Shown one piece after another: positions 9,052 through 19,639 of a stretch of DNA of 64,000 nucleotides (position 1 is the first letter of the stretch; the number at the start of each line of letters is the position of its first letter). A model generated the notes under the pieces. It ran no database searches. It had not been told where the DNA came from and worked only from the letters and a program-made list of their open reading frames with translations. A program made the position numbers and the translations under genes. The DNA comes from Planctomycetota bacterium (lineage in GTDB: Bacteria > Planctomycetota > J058), in assembly GCA_023954375.1 (NCBI GenBank), contig JAMLIC010000019.1:20739-84738 (forward strand). Direction: 5' to 3'.

Positions 9052-11316
9052 GTGCCCCGCGCCCCGCGCCGCCTCGCCGCCCTGGCCCTCGCCGCCCTGG
9101 CGCTCGTCCCCGCGCTGCCGGCGCTGCGCGGCGACGCCCTGCTCGTCGGCCGCGACCTGATCGCCTACGGCCACGCCCGCGGTGCGGCGCTCGGCGAGGC
9201 GTGGCGCCAGGGCGACGTCCCGCGCTGGAACCCCCACGCGCACCACGGCGCCTCCTGGTGGGGGCCGCGCGCCGGCGGCGTCGTCTACCCGGCCAACGCC
9301 CTGTTCGCCGGGCTGCCGCCGGGGCTCGCCGCGGCGTGGTTCGTGGCCCTGCACCTCGCGCTGGCGGTCGAGGGCGCGCGTCGGCTCGCGCGGCGCGACC
9401 TCCCGGCCGCGCCCGCCGCGGCGGCGGGGCTGGCGTACGGCCTGAGCGGGTTCGTCCTCTCGACCCACTGGAACCTGCCCTTCCTGGCCTCCGCCGCGCT
9501 CCTCCCCTGGGCCGGCGTCGCCGGGCGCCTCGCCCGCGACCGGCCGCGGCGCGGCGCGGCGCTCGTCGGGGCGGTCGTCGCCCTGTGCCTGCTCGCCGCC
9601 GAGCCGCAGGGGGCGCTGATCGCGGCCGGCCTCGCCTGCGCGCTCGCGGCGCGCGGCGGCCGCCGCGCGCTCGCGTGGTCCGCCGCCGGCGTCGCGCTCG
9701 CGGGTCTGGCCGCCGGCCCGCAGGTGCTCTCGATCCTCCACGAGCTGCCCGACACGGACCGAGCCCTCGGGCCGGCGGACGCGCGCTTCAGCCTGGCCGC
9801 CCGCGCGCTGGCGCTCGGACTGGTCGCGCCGGGGGCCCTCGGCGAGCACGCCGCGCTCGACGGCGGCTACTGGGGGCACGCCCTGTGGGACGGCACCCTC
9901 CCCTACTGCGCGCCGGGCGTGGGCGCGCTCGGGCTGGCGGCGGTCGTCACGGCCGTCGCCCGCGCGCGCGGCGCGCCGGCCGCGCGCGCGGGCCTCGCGC
10001 TCGTGGTCGTCGGCGTGGGGCTCGCGGCGCTCGACCCGGGCGCCGCGCTCGGCCTGCGCTTCCCGGCCAAGTGGCTGGTGCTCTCCGGGCTCGGGCTCGC
10101 CCTCCTGGTCGGCGCCGGCGCCCGGGCGATCGCCGCCGGCCACGCCGCGCCCGCCCGCCTGACCCTCGCGCTGCTCCTCGCGGCGTCGCTGCCGCTGGCC
10201 CTCGCCCTCGCCGGTCCGGCGCCGGACCTCGAGGCGTGGCTCGCCGCGCAGGGCCCGGGCGAGGTGCTCGGGCCGGTCGCCCGCGCGGCCACGGCGGAGG
10301 CGCTGGCGCGCGTCGCCGCCGCGGCGGCGCTGGGGCTCGCCGCCGTGACGTCGGGGCGAGGGCTCCCGCGCGCGCGCGCGGCGGCGCTCCTCCTCGGCGC
10401 CCTCGCGCTCGACCTCGGGCTCACGGCGCTCCCCGCCGTGCGCACGACGACCGCCCCGCTCCTCGCGCGGCCGCCCCTCGTCGACGCGCTCGACCCCCGG
10501 CCCGGGGCGCCGCCGCCGCGCTACTTCTCCCGCGGGCGCATGCGCGCGCCGCTCGCGCCGCCGGCCGACGGCCTCACGCCGTGGGACCGCGACGAGCTGC
10601 TCGCCGCGGCCGTCCTCGAGGGGAGCCGCGCGTCGGTCCACGGGGTGCGGGCGATCGACGCCTTCGAGACCGTGCACCCGCTCGCCTTCGACCGCCTCGC
10701 CCGCGACCCGCGCCTGGCGGCCCTGCCGGCGGCCGAGCGCTGGGGGCGGCTCGACGCGGCGTGGCTGCCCGCGACGCCGGCCGAGGTGGCGCGCGCGGGC
10801 GGCGCCTGGGCTCCAGGCCCCGAGCTCGTCCCGGGCCTCGTCCTGGTCGAGAACCGCGCCTGCCCGCCGTGGGCCTACCTCGTCGCGGCCGCGACCCCCG
10901 CGGCCGACCTCGACGCGGCGATCGCGGCGACGTGCGACCCGGACCGCCGGCCCGCGCGCCTCGTCGTCCTGGGCCCGGAGGGCGCCGCCCTGGCGGGCCC
11001 GGGGTCCCCGGGACCGGGCGGCGAGGTCCTGGCGGTCGAGTTCGCCCCCGAGCGCCTGCGCATCCGGATGCGGGCGGCCGGCCCGGCGTGGCTCGTCGTG
11101 CGCGAGGCGTTCTCGCGCGACTGGTCGGCCACCCTCGACGGCGCGCCGGTCGAGGTCGCGCGCGCCGACGTCCTCTTCAGGGCCGTCGCCGTCCCGCCCG
11201 GCGAGCACGCGGTCGTGATGGTCCACGCGCCCGCCTGGTGGACGCCAGGCCTCGCCCTCGGCGCCCTCGGCTGGGCGGGGCTGACGGCGCTGGCCCTCGT
11301 CCGCCGGCGCGCGTAG
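9052..11316 (+). CDS. Large polytopic membrane protein (YfhO/ArnT-like; family call tentative)
   Basis: 754-aa ORF with many hydrophobic helices over ~480 aa, then a soluble C-terminal domain and a final TM helix. Confidence 0.6.
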   Translation: MPRAPRRLAALALAALALVPALPALRGDALLVGRDLIAYGHARGAALGEAWRQGDVPRWNPHAHHGASWWGPRAGGVVYPANALFAGLPPGLAAAWFVALHLALAVEGARRLARRDLPAAPAAAAGLAYGLSGFVLSTHWNLPFLASAALLPWAGVAGRLARDRPRRGAALVGAVVALCLLAAEPQGALIAAGLACALAARGGRRALAWSAAGVALAGLAAGPQVLSILHELPDTDRALGPADARFSLAARALALGLVAPGALGEHAALDGGYWGHALWDGTLPYCAPGVGALGLAAVVTAVARARGAPAARAGLALVVVGVGLAALDPGAALGLRFPAKWLVLSGLGLALLVGAGARAIAAGHAAPARLTLALLLAASLPLALALAGPAPDLEAWLAAQGPGEVLGPVARAATAEALARVAAAAALGLAAVTSGRGLPRARAAALLLGALALDLGLTALPAVRTTTAPLLARPPLVDALDPRPGAPPPRYFSRGRMRAPLAPPADGLTPWDRDELLAAAVLEGSRASVHGVRAIDAFETVHPLAFDRLARDPRLAALPAAERWGRLDAAWLPATPAEVARAGGAWAPGPELVPGLVLVENRACPPWAYLVAAATPAADLDAAIAATCDPDRRPARLVVLGPEGAALAGPGSPGPGGEVLAVEFAPERLRIRMRAAGPAWLVVREAFSRDWSATLDGAPVEVARADVLFRAVAVPPGEHAVVMVHAPAWWTPGLALGALGWAGLTALALVRRRA

Positions 11317-11320
11317 CGCC

Positions 11321-12050
11321 TCACCGCTCCTCGAACCGGGCGAGCGCGCGCCGCGCCTCCTCGCCGACGTCGTCGACCTCGGCGGCCGCGCGCCGCAGGT
11401 GCAGCTGCGCCTCCGCGGCGGAGCGCCCAGACGTCGGTCGCGGGCCCCACCTCGCCGCCCCTCGCCTGCTCGGGCGCCATGTGGGTCGGGTGCCGACCAG
11501 CGCGCCGGTCCGGGTCACAGCGGCCGTCGCTCGTTCTGATGGCCACGTCCGGGCGCACGGCCCGATGCTCCGATCCGCAGTGACGCACCTGTCGCCCTCG
11601 CTCCGGCCGCTTCGCTGCCTCCGCTCGGGGATGCGCGCCACCGCTCGATCTGCTCGCTTCGCTCGCAGATCAAGCGGTGAGCGCGGTCAGTCGGTCGAGG
11701 TCGACCGCGGTCGCCACGCCGAAGTCGGCCACGCGCACGCGCCCGTCGCCGTCGACGAGCAGGTTGTCGGGCTTCACGTCGCGATGGACCACGCCGCGGG
11801 CGTGGGCGTGCCCCAGCGCGCGGGCGGCGTCGCGCACCGCCTCGACCCGGCGGCGGAGCGGCCAGGCGCGCAGGCCCCCTCGCGGCGGAAGCGGGCCAGG
11901 CGGGCGGCGTCGATGCGCCCCGCCGCGACCTCGAGGGGCGACCTCCCGCCCGAGGGCCTCGTCGCGGGCGCGGTGCACGGCCGCGGTGGCGCCCGCGCCG
12001 AGCGGCCCGAGCACGTGGAAGCGACCGGCGAAGCGGCCGCCGTGCGTCAC
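11321..12050 (-). pseudogene. Decayed Hanks-type Ser/Thr kinase (third copy of the tandem family)
   Basis: GTG 12050 (GTGA overlap with the upstream kinase stop) opens a 126-aa frame containing [11 protein letters not shown] and [23 protein letters not shown], stopping at 11670. The VAxK lysine region is missing. [12 protein letters not shown] is readable only in another frame (~11880-11920). GRHPTHMAPEQARGGEVGPATDVWAL is readable in a third frame (~11425-11500). Confidence 0.6.
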
Positions 12051-13984
12051 CACGACAGGCTCCGCCGCGCCTCGGCGCCCCAGCTCCCCCCGCGCGCGGC
12101 GGCGGCGCGCAAGAGCGCGGCCGCCTCCTCCTGCGGGACGGCGGACGGACGCCCGAGCGCCACCTCCTCGAGGTGGCAGCGACGGAAGAGGAACACCGCC
12201 GCGCGGCTCGCCTCGTCCGAGGTCCCGGCGGCGTGCTCCCGGAGGACCTGGAGCGCCCGCTCGCGCAAGGGCCCCTCGCCCGCCTCCTCGAAGAGCTGCT
12301 CGGCGAACGAGACGCGCTGCCACTCGAGCGGCGGGAGCTCGACCTGCTCCGGCGCCCCCCGGAGGAGGGCCAGTCGCACGAGCGCCTCGACCGGCGCGCC
12401 GTCGCGGCCCGCCTCCTCGCGGTAGATCGCCTCGGCCTCGACCAGCCGTCCCAGCCGCTCGAGGCGGACGCCGCACAGGACCGGGACGTGGCCCGGCGCG
12501 TCGTCGAGGAGCTCGAGCAGCTCCGCCTCGTCCGGCGGCGCGGGCTCGTCGAGGAGGAACCGCGCGAGCGCCACGCGCGCCTCCCGGCGCTGCAGCGCGT
12601 CGACGTGCGCGCCGGTCGCGGCCCTGCGGAGGAGCTCCCCCGCGCGCGCGCGGTCCGGTGCCGCGGCCCGGAGCTGGACCGCCGCGAGCCGGACGAGGCT
12701 GGGGCCGTGGCCGTGGTCCCCGGCCGCCGCGAAGCAGGTCAGGGCCGCGTCGCGGCTGCGCTCCAGCCCGCTCCCCAGCTCGAAGAGGCGCCCGAGCTCG
12801 AACCACGCGCTGCCGACCGCGTGGCCCCACGGCTCGGGCGCGGCGCGCTCCGCCTCGATCACCCACCGGCACAGGGCCGCGGCCGCGCGCGGCTCACCGG
12901 CGCTCAGGCGGCCCTTCATGAGCCCCAGCACGTCCAGGGTGGAGGCGCCGACGGGCACCTGGCCCGGGCGCGCTCGCGGGACGCGCTCGAGGACGCTCCT
13001 CGGCCCGGCCGGCGCGTCGTCCGCGGGTCCGGGCCGCGCGCGGGCGTCCCGGGACGCCGGCTCGAGCGGCGGCGCGACCGGCGCCGGGCCGGGGGCCGCG
13101 GCGCGCGGGGGCGCGGGCGAGGTGACCATGAACGCCGCGCAGAGCGCGAGCGCCGCCGCCGCGACCGCCGCCAGGGCCGCGAGGTGGGGCGCGGTCGCTG
13201 GCCTGGCGGCCCGGAGCGCCTCGCGCGCGAGGGCGAGCGCGCCGGCGGCCAGCCGCCGCGCCGGGTCGACCGCGAGCGCGCGGTCGATCACGCGGCGGAG
13301 CGCGCGCGGCGCGCGGGTCGGCCGCCGGCGCCGGCCTCGCGTGATCCCGTCCAGGAGCGCGAGCGGCGCCCGCTCGGCGAAGGGACGGGCCCCCTCGACC
13401 AGCTCGTACAGCAGCACCCCGAGGGCCCAGACGTCGGCGCCGCCCTCGACGCGCCGGCCCTCGAGCTGCTCGGGGGCCATGTAGGCGGGCGTGCCCACGG
13501 TCGCTCCGGTCGCCGTGAGCGTCGCCGCCGCCAGGTCGCGGACGGCGCCGAGGTCGGCCACCCGCGGCCGGCCGGCCTCGTCGAAGAGCACGTTCTCCGG
13601 CTTGACGTCGCGGTGGACGAGCCCCGCCGCGTGGCAGGCGTCGAGCGTCCGCGCCAGGTCGGCGACGAGCGCCGCCGCCTCCCGCCACGGCCACGGCGCG
13701 CCCATGCGCGCGCGGAGCGTCCCGCCGGCCATGAGGTCCATCGCCAGGACGAGCGCGCGCCCTTGCAGCCACACGTCGTGCACGGCCACGACGCCCGCGC
13801 CGGCGAGCCGGGCGAGCGCCTCGGCCTCGCGCCGGAAGCGCGCGGCCTCCTCGGGCGAGAGCGCGCCCTCGAGCACCTTGAGCGCGTGGACGGCGCCCGT
13901 CCCGACGTGACGCCCGCGCAGGACGCGCGCGAAGCCGCCACGCCCCAGCTCCGCCTCGACCTCGTAGGCCCCGAGCCGCGCCAC
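12047..13984 (-). CDS. Ser/Thr protein kinase with TM helix and Sel1/TPR-like C-terminal domain
   Basis: The maximal ORF is 12047-14020. GTG 13984 gives [17 protein letters not shown], matching the paralogue's start. Motifs: [14 protein letters not shown] (in place of DFG), [15 protein letters not shown]. Confidence 0.85.
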   Translation of the reverse strand: MARLGAYEVEAELGRGGFARVLRGRHVGTGAVHALKVLEGALSPEEAARFRREAEALARLAGAGVVAVHDVWLQGRALVLAMDLMAGGTLRARMGAPWPWREAAALVADLARTLDACHAAGLVHRDVKPENVLFDEAGRPRVADLGAVRDLAAATLTATGATVGTPAYMAPEQLEGRRVEGGADVWALGVLLYELVEGARPFAERAPLALLDGITRGRRRRPTRAPRALRRVIDRALAVDPARRLAAGALALAREALRAARPATAPHLAALAAVAAAALALCAAFMVTSPAPPRAAAPGPAPVAPPLEPASRDARARPGPADDAPAGPRSVLERVPRARPGQVPVGASTLDVLGLMKGRLSAGEPRAAAALCRWVIEAERAAPEPWGHAVGSAWFELGRLFELGSGLERSRDAALTCFAAAGDHGHGPSLVRLAAVQLRAAAPDRARAGELLRRAATGAHVDALQRREARVALARFLLDEPAPPDEAELLELLDDAPGHVPVLCGVRLERLGRLVEAEAIYREEAGRDGAPVEALVRLALLRGAPEQVELPPLEWQRVSFAEQLFEEAGEGPLRERALQVLREHAAGTSDEASRAAVFLFRRCHLEEVALGRPSAVPQEEAAALLRAAAARGGSWGAEARRSLSW

Positions 13985-14033
13985 GGAGGGATTCAAGCTC
14001 GCGCGCGGCGGGCACGCCACGGGCGGCGCGCGC

Positions 14034-16007
14034 TCACGAGCCCTCGAGGCGCCGCAGCAGGCGCCGAGCGCGGAGGACCTGGTCGGCCCGCACCTCGCTC
14101 TTGCCCCTGGCCGCGGCGCGCAGCAGGCGGAGGGCCTCCTCCCGCGGGATCGTCGTCGCCCCGCGCCCGGCCTCGAGCTCCTCGAGGTGGAAGCGCTCGG
14201 CGAGGAGCAGGGCGGCGCGCCGGGGGACGCCTGCGCCCTTCCCGGCGCGCTCCCGCAGGAGGTCGACCGCCCGCGCCCGCTCCTCGGGGTCTCCCTCCGC
14301 GACGAGGCGCTCGGCGATCAGGAGGCGGAGGGCAGGATCGTCGGGGAGGGACCGCGGGCCTCCACCGGGCAGCCGCTCGAGCCGCACGTGCGCGGCGGCC
14401 TGGACGGCCGGGGACGTGGTGAGCGCCGTGAAGTACGCGCCCCTGGCCTCCTCGAGGTCGCCCTCGAGCTCCGCGAGCCGCCCCTTCAGGAGGAGCTGCC
14501 AGCCCTTGTCCTTGAGCGCCCCGAGGTGGTCCATGAGCTCCGGGCGGCCGACGACGTCCGGGTGCTCGAGCCCGACCTCGACCAGGGCGCGCCGAGCGTG
14601 CTCGGCGTCGTTGCGGTACACCTGGGCGCGCTCGAGCGCCGCGCGCAGCAGGTCCGCCGCCGGGGCGGGCCTCGGCGGGCGGGCGTCGAGGTGCGCCTCG
14701 GCGAGCTTGATCTTCGCGCCGGCGTGGCCGAGCGCGGCGGCGCGCCCGAAGCACGCCAGCGCCGCCGCCGGGTCACGGTCGAACGCGGCGCCGTCGTCGA
14801 TCAGGCAGCCCAGGACGTGCCATGCCATCGAGACCTCGAGCGCGCCGCCTCCGCCCTCGATGGCCACGCGGCAGACCCGGGCGGCCTTCTCCGGGTCGAC
14901 GTACCGGAGGTTCGGCTGGTAGACGGCGGAGAGGTCTCGCTCCGAGGGAAGGACCGGGCCCGGGATCGCCGCGAGGAGCGCGTCGAGGTCCACCGCCGCC
15001 GGGGACGTCGCTGGCGCATCGCCCTCCGGCGGGCCCACCTCCGGCGCGTCGTCGGGCGCAGCCGGCGCCCCGACGTCCGGCGTCGTCGAGCCCACCTCCG
15101 GGGCGGCGGGCGGCGCGACCGCGTCGGGAGCCGGCGGCGGCGGCGCGCCCCCTCGCGCGAGGGCCACGGCGGCGAGCGCGAGCCCGCCCAGCGCCGCCGC
15201 GACGAGCCAGGCCCCGCGCGGCGCGTCCGACCTGCCGGCGAGCGCCGCCTCGAGGGCGTCGGCCAGGGCCCCGGCGTCGGCGCGGGCCGCGGGGTCGACC
15301 ACGAGGGCGCGGCTCAGCGCCTCCGCGAGGGGGCGCGGCGAGCGCCGCGGGCGGGTCCCGCTCGTGATCGCCGAGAGCAGCGCCAGCGGCGAGCCGGCCT
15401 CGAACGGCCGCCGCCCGGCGACCAGCTCGTGCAGGAGGACGCCGAGCGCCCACACGTCGGCCCGGCCGTCCACGCGGCGCCCCTCGAGCTGCTCGGGCGC
15501 CATGTAGGCCACCGTGCCCGGCGCCGCCCCGGTCGCGGTGAGCGACTCCGCGGCCAGGTCGCGGGCGCAGCCGAAGTCGGCCAGCCGCGGCCGCCCCTCG
15601 TCGTCGAACAGCACGTTCTCCGGCTTCACGTCGCGGTGGACGAGGCCCAGCGCGTGCGCGCCCTGGAGCGTCCGCGCCAGCCCGACGACGAGCGCGGCCG
15701 CCTCGCGCCACGGCCAGGGGCGGGCCAGCCGCGCGCGGAGGGTCCCGCCCGGCATGAGGTCCATGGCGAGCACCATGCGCCGGTCCTCGACCCACAGGGC
15801 GTGCACGGCCACGACGCCCGCGCCGTCCAGGCGCGCGAGCGCCTCCGCCTCCCGGCGGAAGCGCGCCGCCTCCTCGGCCGTGGTCACGTGCTCGAGGACC
15901 TTCAGCGCGTGGACGGCGCCCGTCTCGACGTGGCGCCCCCGCAGGACGCGCGCGACGCCGCCGCGCCCCAGCTCCGCCTCGACCTCGTAAGCCCCGAGCC
16001 GCGCCAC
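14034..16007 (-). CDS. Ser/Thr protein kinase paralogue with TM helix and Sel1/TPR-like C-terminal domain
   Basis: 657-aa ORF with a GTG start. Motifs: [31 protein letters not shown]. The kinase domain is roughly three-quarters identical by eye to the downstream paralogue. Confidence 0.9.
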   Translation of the reverse strand: MARLGAYEVEAELGRGGVARVLRGRHVETGAVHALKVLEHVTTAEEAARFRREAEALARLDGAGVVAVHALWVEDRRMVLAMDLMPGGTLRARLARPWPWREAAALVVGLARTLQGAHALGLVHRDVKPENVLFDDEGRPRLADFGCARDLAAESLTATGAAPGTVAYMAPEQLEGRRVDGRADVWALGVLLHELVAGRRPFEAGSPLALLSAITSGTRPRRSPRPLAEALSRALVVDPAARADAGALADALEAALAGRSDAPRGAWLVAAALGGLALAAVALARGGAPPPPAPDAVAPPAAPEVGSTTPDVGAPAAPDDAPEVGPPEGDAPATSPAAVDLDALLAAIPGPVLPSERDLSAVYQPNLRYVDPEKAARVCRVAIEGGGGALEVSMAWHVLGCLIDDGAAFDRDPAAALACFGRAAALGHAGAKIKLAEAHLDARPPRPAPAADLLRAALERAQVYRNDAEHARRALVEVGLEHPDVVGRPELMDHLGALKDKGWQLLLKGRLAELEGDLEEARGAYFTALTTSPAVQAAAHVRLERLPGGGPRSLPDDPALRLLIAERLVAEGDPEERARAVDLLRERAGKGAGVPRRAALLLAERFHLEELEAGRGATTIPREEALRLLRAAARGKSEVRADQVLRARRLLRRLEGS

Positions 16008-16047
16008 GCAAGGCAGTCAAGCGACGGCGGCAGGGCCGCGCCAGCCG

Positions 16048-18570
16048 TCAGTCGAGGTCGGCGGCGTCGCCGAGGTCGGGCTCCTCGACGTCCTCGTCGG
16101 CGAGGCCCTCGTCGACGACGTCGCGCCCCTCGAGCGCCGCGGCGTCGTCGAAGATCCCGGCGTCGAACCCCTCGATGTCGCGGAAGCGCGGCCGGGGCGC
16201 GGCCGGCTCGACGGGCGGCGCCTCCTCGGGCCCGGGCTCGGCTGCCGCCGCCTCGCTCTCCAGCTCGGCGCCCCGGCGGAGCTGCCACTCGGCGTCGACG
16301 AGGCCGCGCTTGAGCAGGCCGTGGGCGGCGCGCACCGCCTCGGCGACGTCGTCGCGGTCGATCAGGTGCAGCGGCTCGTAGAGGAGGCGCAGGAGCTGGA
16401 TCGTCTGCCGGAGCACCCGGACGAGGTCGCCGTCGGAGGCGTCGCTGAGCTCGCGCAGCTCGCTGAACTCGGCCCCGTTCGCCCAGGCCCACACCACGCC
16501 CGAGAGGTCCCAGTCGAGGAGCTTCGTCGGCTGGCGCACACCCTTCTCGGTCTCCGCGCGGTGGAGGTCGCTCACGACGCGCTGCGCCTTGCGGAACACG
16601 GGGATCCCGACCAGCTTTCCGGGGTCGGGGCCGCCGTACCACGTGTTCTTGCGCTGCTCGAAGACGACCGCCGCCGCGACGAGCGCCACCTGCTCGGGCG
16701 ACAGCCCGTCGAGGACGCCGCTCCACACGAGCTCCGTGATCAGGAGCTCGTGGCCGAAGACCTGCATGGCGAAGCGGCCGCGCTCGGTCACCTCGGCCTC
16801 GGGGCCGATGTAGCCCAGCTCGCGCAGGACCTCGAGCTTGAGCTTCACCTGCGCGACCATGCCGCCCCAGCGGCCGCCGCCGTGGCCCGAGGGGGGGAGG
16901 CCGGCCGCGCGGCGCGCCTGCTCGCGCTCGTCGCGGCCCGGCCGCGCGGCGCGCTTGCGGCCGCGCCGGGGCCGCTCTGCGTCCTCGTCCTCGTCGTCGT
17001 GGCGGCCGGCCCGCGCGCGGGCGCGCGCGCGCTCGAGCGCCTCGTGCTCGCGTCCGCGCCGCAGCGGGTGCTCGGGGGCGGCCCGGCCGGGCCGCGGCTC
17101 GTCGCCCCCGCCGCCCCGGCGCACGCGCCGCTGGCGCGCGCGGAAGCTGGCGAAAGAGCGCTCGCACGCCTCGTAGATCCGGTCGCCGAGCCGGCCCCAG
17201 AGGGTCACGAGCGTGCCGTAGGAGAGGTTGAACTGGCTCTCGACCGGCTCGACGCGCCCGGTGACGATCCCCGTGTAGACGTTGGGCTCGTCGCGGTTCG
17301 GGTCGAACGTGACGTAGATCGTCCCCTGCTCGTCGATCCCGCGCCGCCCGGCGCGCCCGGCCATCTGCTGGAACTCGCGCGTCTTGAGCGGGACGCGCTC
17401 GCGGCCGTCGAACTTCTTCAGCCCCTCGAAGGCCACCGAGCGCGCCGGCATGTTCACGCCCAGGGCGAACGTCTCCGTGGCGCAGAGCAGCCGGATGTGC
17501 CCCGCCGTGAACAGCCGCTCGACCACCTCCTTGAGCGCGGGCAGGATCCCGGCGTGGTGGTAGGCGATCCCCTTGCTCGCCAGCCGCTCGAGCTGCGCCA
17601 CGACCGGGTCGCGCGGGTCGAGCTCGAACGCCCGGGCCAGGCGCTGGAACTCGGCGCGGGCGGCCTCGCTCGCCTGCCGCGAGCGGAGCAGCCGCTCGCC
17701 CTGGCAGGCCTCGGCCAGCCGCTCGCACGCGTCGCGGGAGTAGAGGAAGAAGAGGCACGGCAGGTGGCCGCGCTCTGCGATCAGCTGCACGAGCTGGCGC
17801 CAGGCCCGCTCCTGGTAGCCGCGCCCGCTCTCGACCACGCGGCGCCCGCGGGCGCGGGCGCCCGGTCGGAGCTGATGGACCTGCGAGAGCGGCCGGAGCC
17901 CGCCCTCGGTGGAGAAGGCGTGCACCGACAGCGGCACGGGCCGGTGCGTCTCGAGGACGACCTTCACGGTCGAGCCGCGCACCTCCTGCAGCCAGGCGGC
18001 GAACTCGTGCAGGTTGGAGACGGTGGCCGACAGCGCCACGACCCGGACGTTGGCCGGGGCGAAGATCAGCGACTCCTCCCACACGGTGCCGCGGTCGGCG
18101 TCGTCGAGGTAGTGGACCTCGTCGAAGATCACCCAGGCGACGTCGTCGAAGCGGTCGGGGTCGTCGAAGATCGTGTTGCGGAAGATCTCCGTGGTCATGA
18201 TCACGGCCGGCGCCTGCGCGTCGATCGACACGTCGCCGGTCGAGATCCCGACCTTGCCGGGGAAGGCCTCGGTGAGCTCGCGGTACTTCTGGTTCGAGAG
18301 CGCCTTGATCGGCGCCGTGTAGATCACGCGCTTGCCGCGCGAGAGCGCCTGCTCGATCGCGTAGTGGGCGATGAGCGACTTCCCCGCCCCGGTCGGCGCG
18401 GCCACGATCACGTTCTGGTCGCGGGCGATCGCCGCCATGGCGTCGCGCTGGAACCGGTCGAGGGCGTAGCCCTGGTAGCTGCGACCGGGGCCGGCCTCGC
18501 CCGCGGCGTCGTCAGGGCCGGGCGCGTCGTCGTCGCGCGCGTCGTCGTCGGCCCTCAGGGGGTGGTTCAT
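16048..18570 (-). CDS. Ski2/HelY-like DEVH-box RNA helicase
   Basis: Walker A APTGAGKS, FDEVHY, LSAT, and a Ski2-type C-terminal region. ATG 18570 (Met18 of ORF 16048-18621) has GAGGAG 4 nt upstream. Confidence 0.85.
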   Translation of the reverse strand: MNHPLRADDDARDDDAPGPDDAAGEAGPGRSYQGYALDRFQRDAMAAIARDQNVIVAAPTGAGKSLIAHYAIEQALSRGKRVIYTAPIKALSNQKYRELTEAFPGKVGISTGDVSIDAQAPAVIMTTEIFRNTIFDDPDRFDDVAWVIFDEVHYLDDADRGTVWEESLIFAPANVRVVALSATVSNLHEFAAWLQEVRGSTVKVVLETHRPVPLSVHAFSTEGGLRPLSQVHQLRPGARARGRRVVESGRGYQERAWRQLVQLIAERGHLPCLFFLYSRDACERLAEACQGERLLRSRQASEAARAEFQRLARAFELDPRDPVVAQLERLASKGIAYHHAGILPALKEVVERLFTAGHIRLLCATETFALGVNMPARSVAFEGLKKFDGRERVPLKTREFQQMAGRAGRRGIDEQGTIYVTFDPNRDEPNVYTGIVTGRVEPVESQFNLSYGTLVTLWGRLGDRIYEACERSFASFRARQRRVRRGGGGDEPRPGRAAPEHPLRRGREHEALERARARARAGRHDDEDEDAERPRRGRKRAARPGRDEREQARRAAGLPPSGHGGGRWGGMVAQVKLKLEVLRELGYIGPEAEVTERGRFAMQVFGHELLITELVWSGVLDGLSPEQVALVAAAVVFEQRKNTWYGGPDPGKLVGIPVFRKAQRVVSDLHRAETEKGVRQPTKLLDWDLSGVVWAWANGAEFSELRELSDASDGDLVRVLRQTIQLLRLLYEPLHLIDRDDVAEAVRAAHGLLKRGLVDAEWQLRRGAELESEAAAAEPGPEEAPPVEPAAPRPRFRDIEGFDAGIFDDAAALEGRDVVDEGLADEDVEEPDLGDAADLD

Positions 18571-18685
18571 CCGCTCCTCGTCGCCCCGGTCCGCCCCGCG
18601 GCGTGGCCCCTCGAGGCTCACCCTCCAGTCTAGCGCAGGGGTCCGGCAGGCCCGGGCCGAGGGACCCGCCCCGCCGCGGCGGCTG

Positions 18686-19639
18686 TCAGCGCGCGCGCCC
18701 GGCCCGCGCGCGGACGAGGTCGGCGAAGCGGGCCGCGAGGCCCGAGGGCGGCCCGTCGCGCGTGAGGAGCCCGTAGGCGGGCAGGTCGTCTGCGGCGCGC
18801 GTCAGGTCGAACACGACCACCCCGTCGCGGAGGGTGCGCCGCGCGGTCCGCGGGCGGGTGAGCGAGGGGACGAAGGCCGGCGCCAGCCCGGCGCGCACGA
18901 GCGCGCGCATGGCGGCGGCGCTGCTCACCTCGGCGGCCACCTCGAGGCGCACCCCGGCGCGGCCGAGCGCCGCCTCGGTGAAGGTCCGCCCCTCGGTGCC
19001 GCGCGCGTAGACGGCGAAGCCGTGCCCGGCGAGGTGCTCGGGGCGCAGGGGGGGCCGGCGCGCGGCGAGCGGATGGCCGGCCGGGACGAGCAGCGCCAGC
19101 CCGAGGCGGCCGATCGGCTCGTAGCGCAGGCGCGGCGGCGCGGCCGAGAGGCTGGCGAGCCCCACGTCGAGCTCGCCCCGCGCGAGCCCCTCGCAGAGCG
19201 CCGGCGGGTCGAGCTCGAGGAGCTGGAGCCGGCAGCCGGGGACGCGCGCGCGCAGGTCGGCCAGGGCGTCGGCCACGACCCCCTCGACGAGGAGCGGCTC
19301 GGTGCCCACCGCCAGCTCGCCCGCGGCCGCGCCGGCCAGCCCCCGCAGGACGCGCGGCAGCCCGTCGAAGTAGGGGGTGACGAAGCCCAGCAGCGCCCGC
19401 CCCTCGGCCGTCGTGACCATGCGCCGCCCGGGCCCCCGCACGAGGAGCGAGGCCCCGAGCGCGCGCTCGAGCTTGCGCACCTGCTGGTGGAGGGCAGGCT
19501 CCGTGATCGGGTAGGGCATGGCGGCCGCCGCCCTCGCGAACCCCCCCTGGGTGGCCACGTGGAAGAAGCCCTCGAGCTGGTGCAGCCGCACGCCGCGGAC
19601 CCGGCGCTCGACCTCGCGCGACGCGACCTCGCCGCTCAC
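18686..19639 (-). CDS. LysR-family transcriptional regulator
   Basis: 317 aa with an N-terminal wHTH (FARAAAAMPYPITEPALHQQVRKLERALG) and a LysR substrate-binding domain. GTG start with GAGGAGG upstream. It is divergent from the hydrolase gene. Confidence 0.9.
   Translation of the reverse strand: MSGEVASREVERRVRGVRLHQLEGFFHVATQGGFARAAAAMPYPITEPALHQQVRKLERALGASLLVRGPGRRMVTTAEGRALLGFVTPYFDGLPRVLRGLAGAAAGELAVGTEPLLVEGVVADALADLRARVPGCRLQLLELDPPALCEGLARGELDVGLASLSAAPPRLRYEPIGRLGLALLVPAGHPLAARRPPLRPEHLAGHGFAVYARGTEGRTFTEAALGRAGVRLEVAAEVSSAAAMRALVRAGLAPAFVPSLTRPRTARRTLRDGVVVFDLTRAADDLPAYGLLTRDGPPSGLAARFADLVRARAGRAR

Noticed and set aside
9201-12425. 1074-aa + strand ORF and other very long R/P/G/A-rich ORFs (for example 8875-11226, 33260-36244 upstream part, 60737-63652)
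   Set aside because: They overlap better-supported genes in other frames or strands and show the low-complexity composition typical of off-frame translation of high-GC coding DNA.
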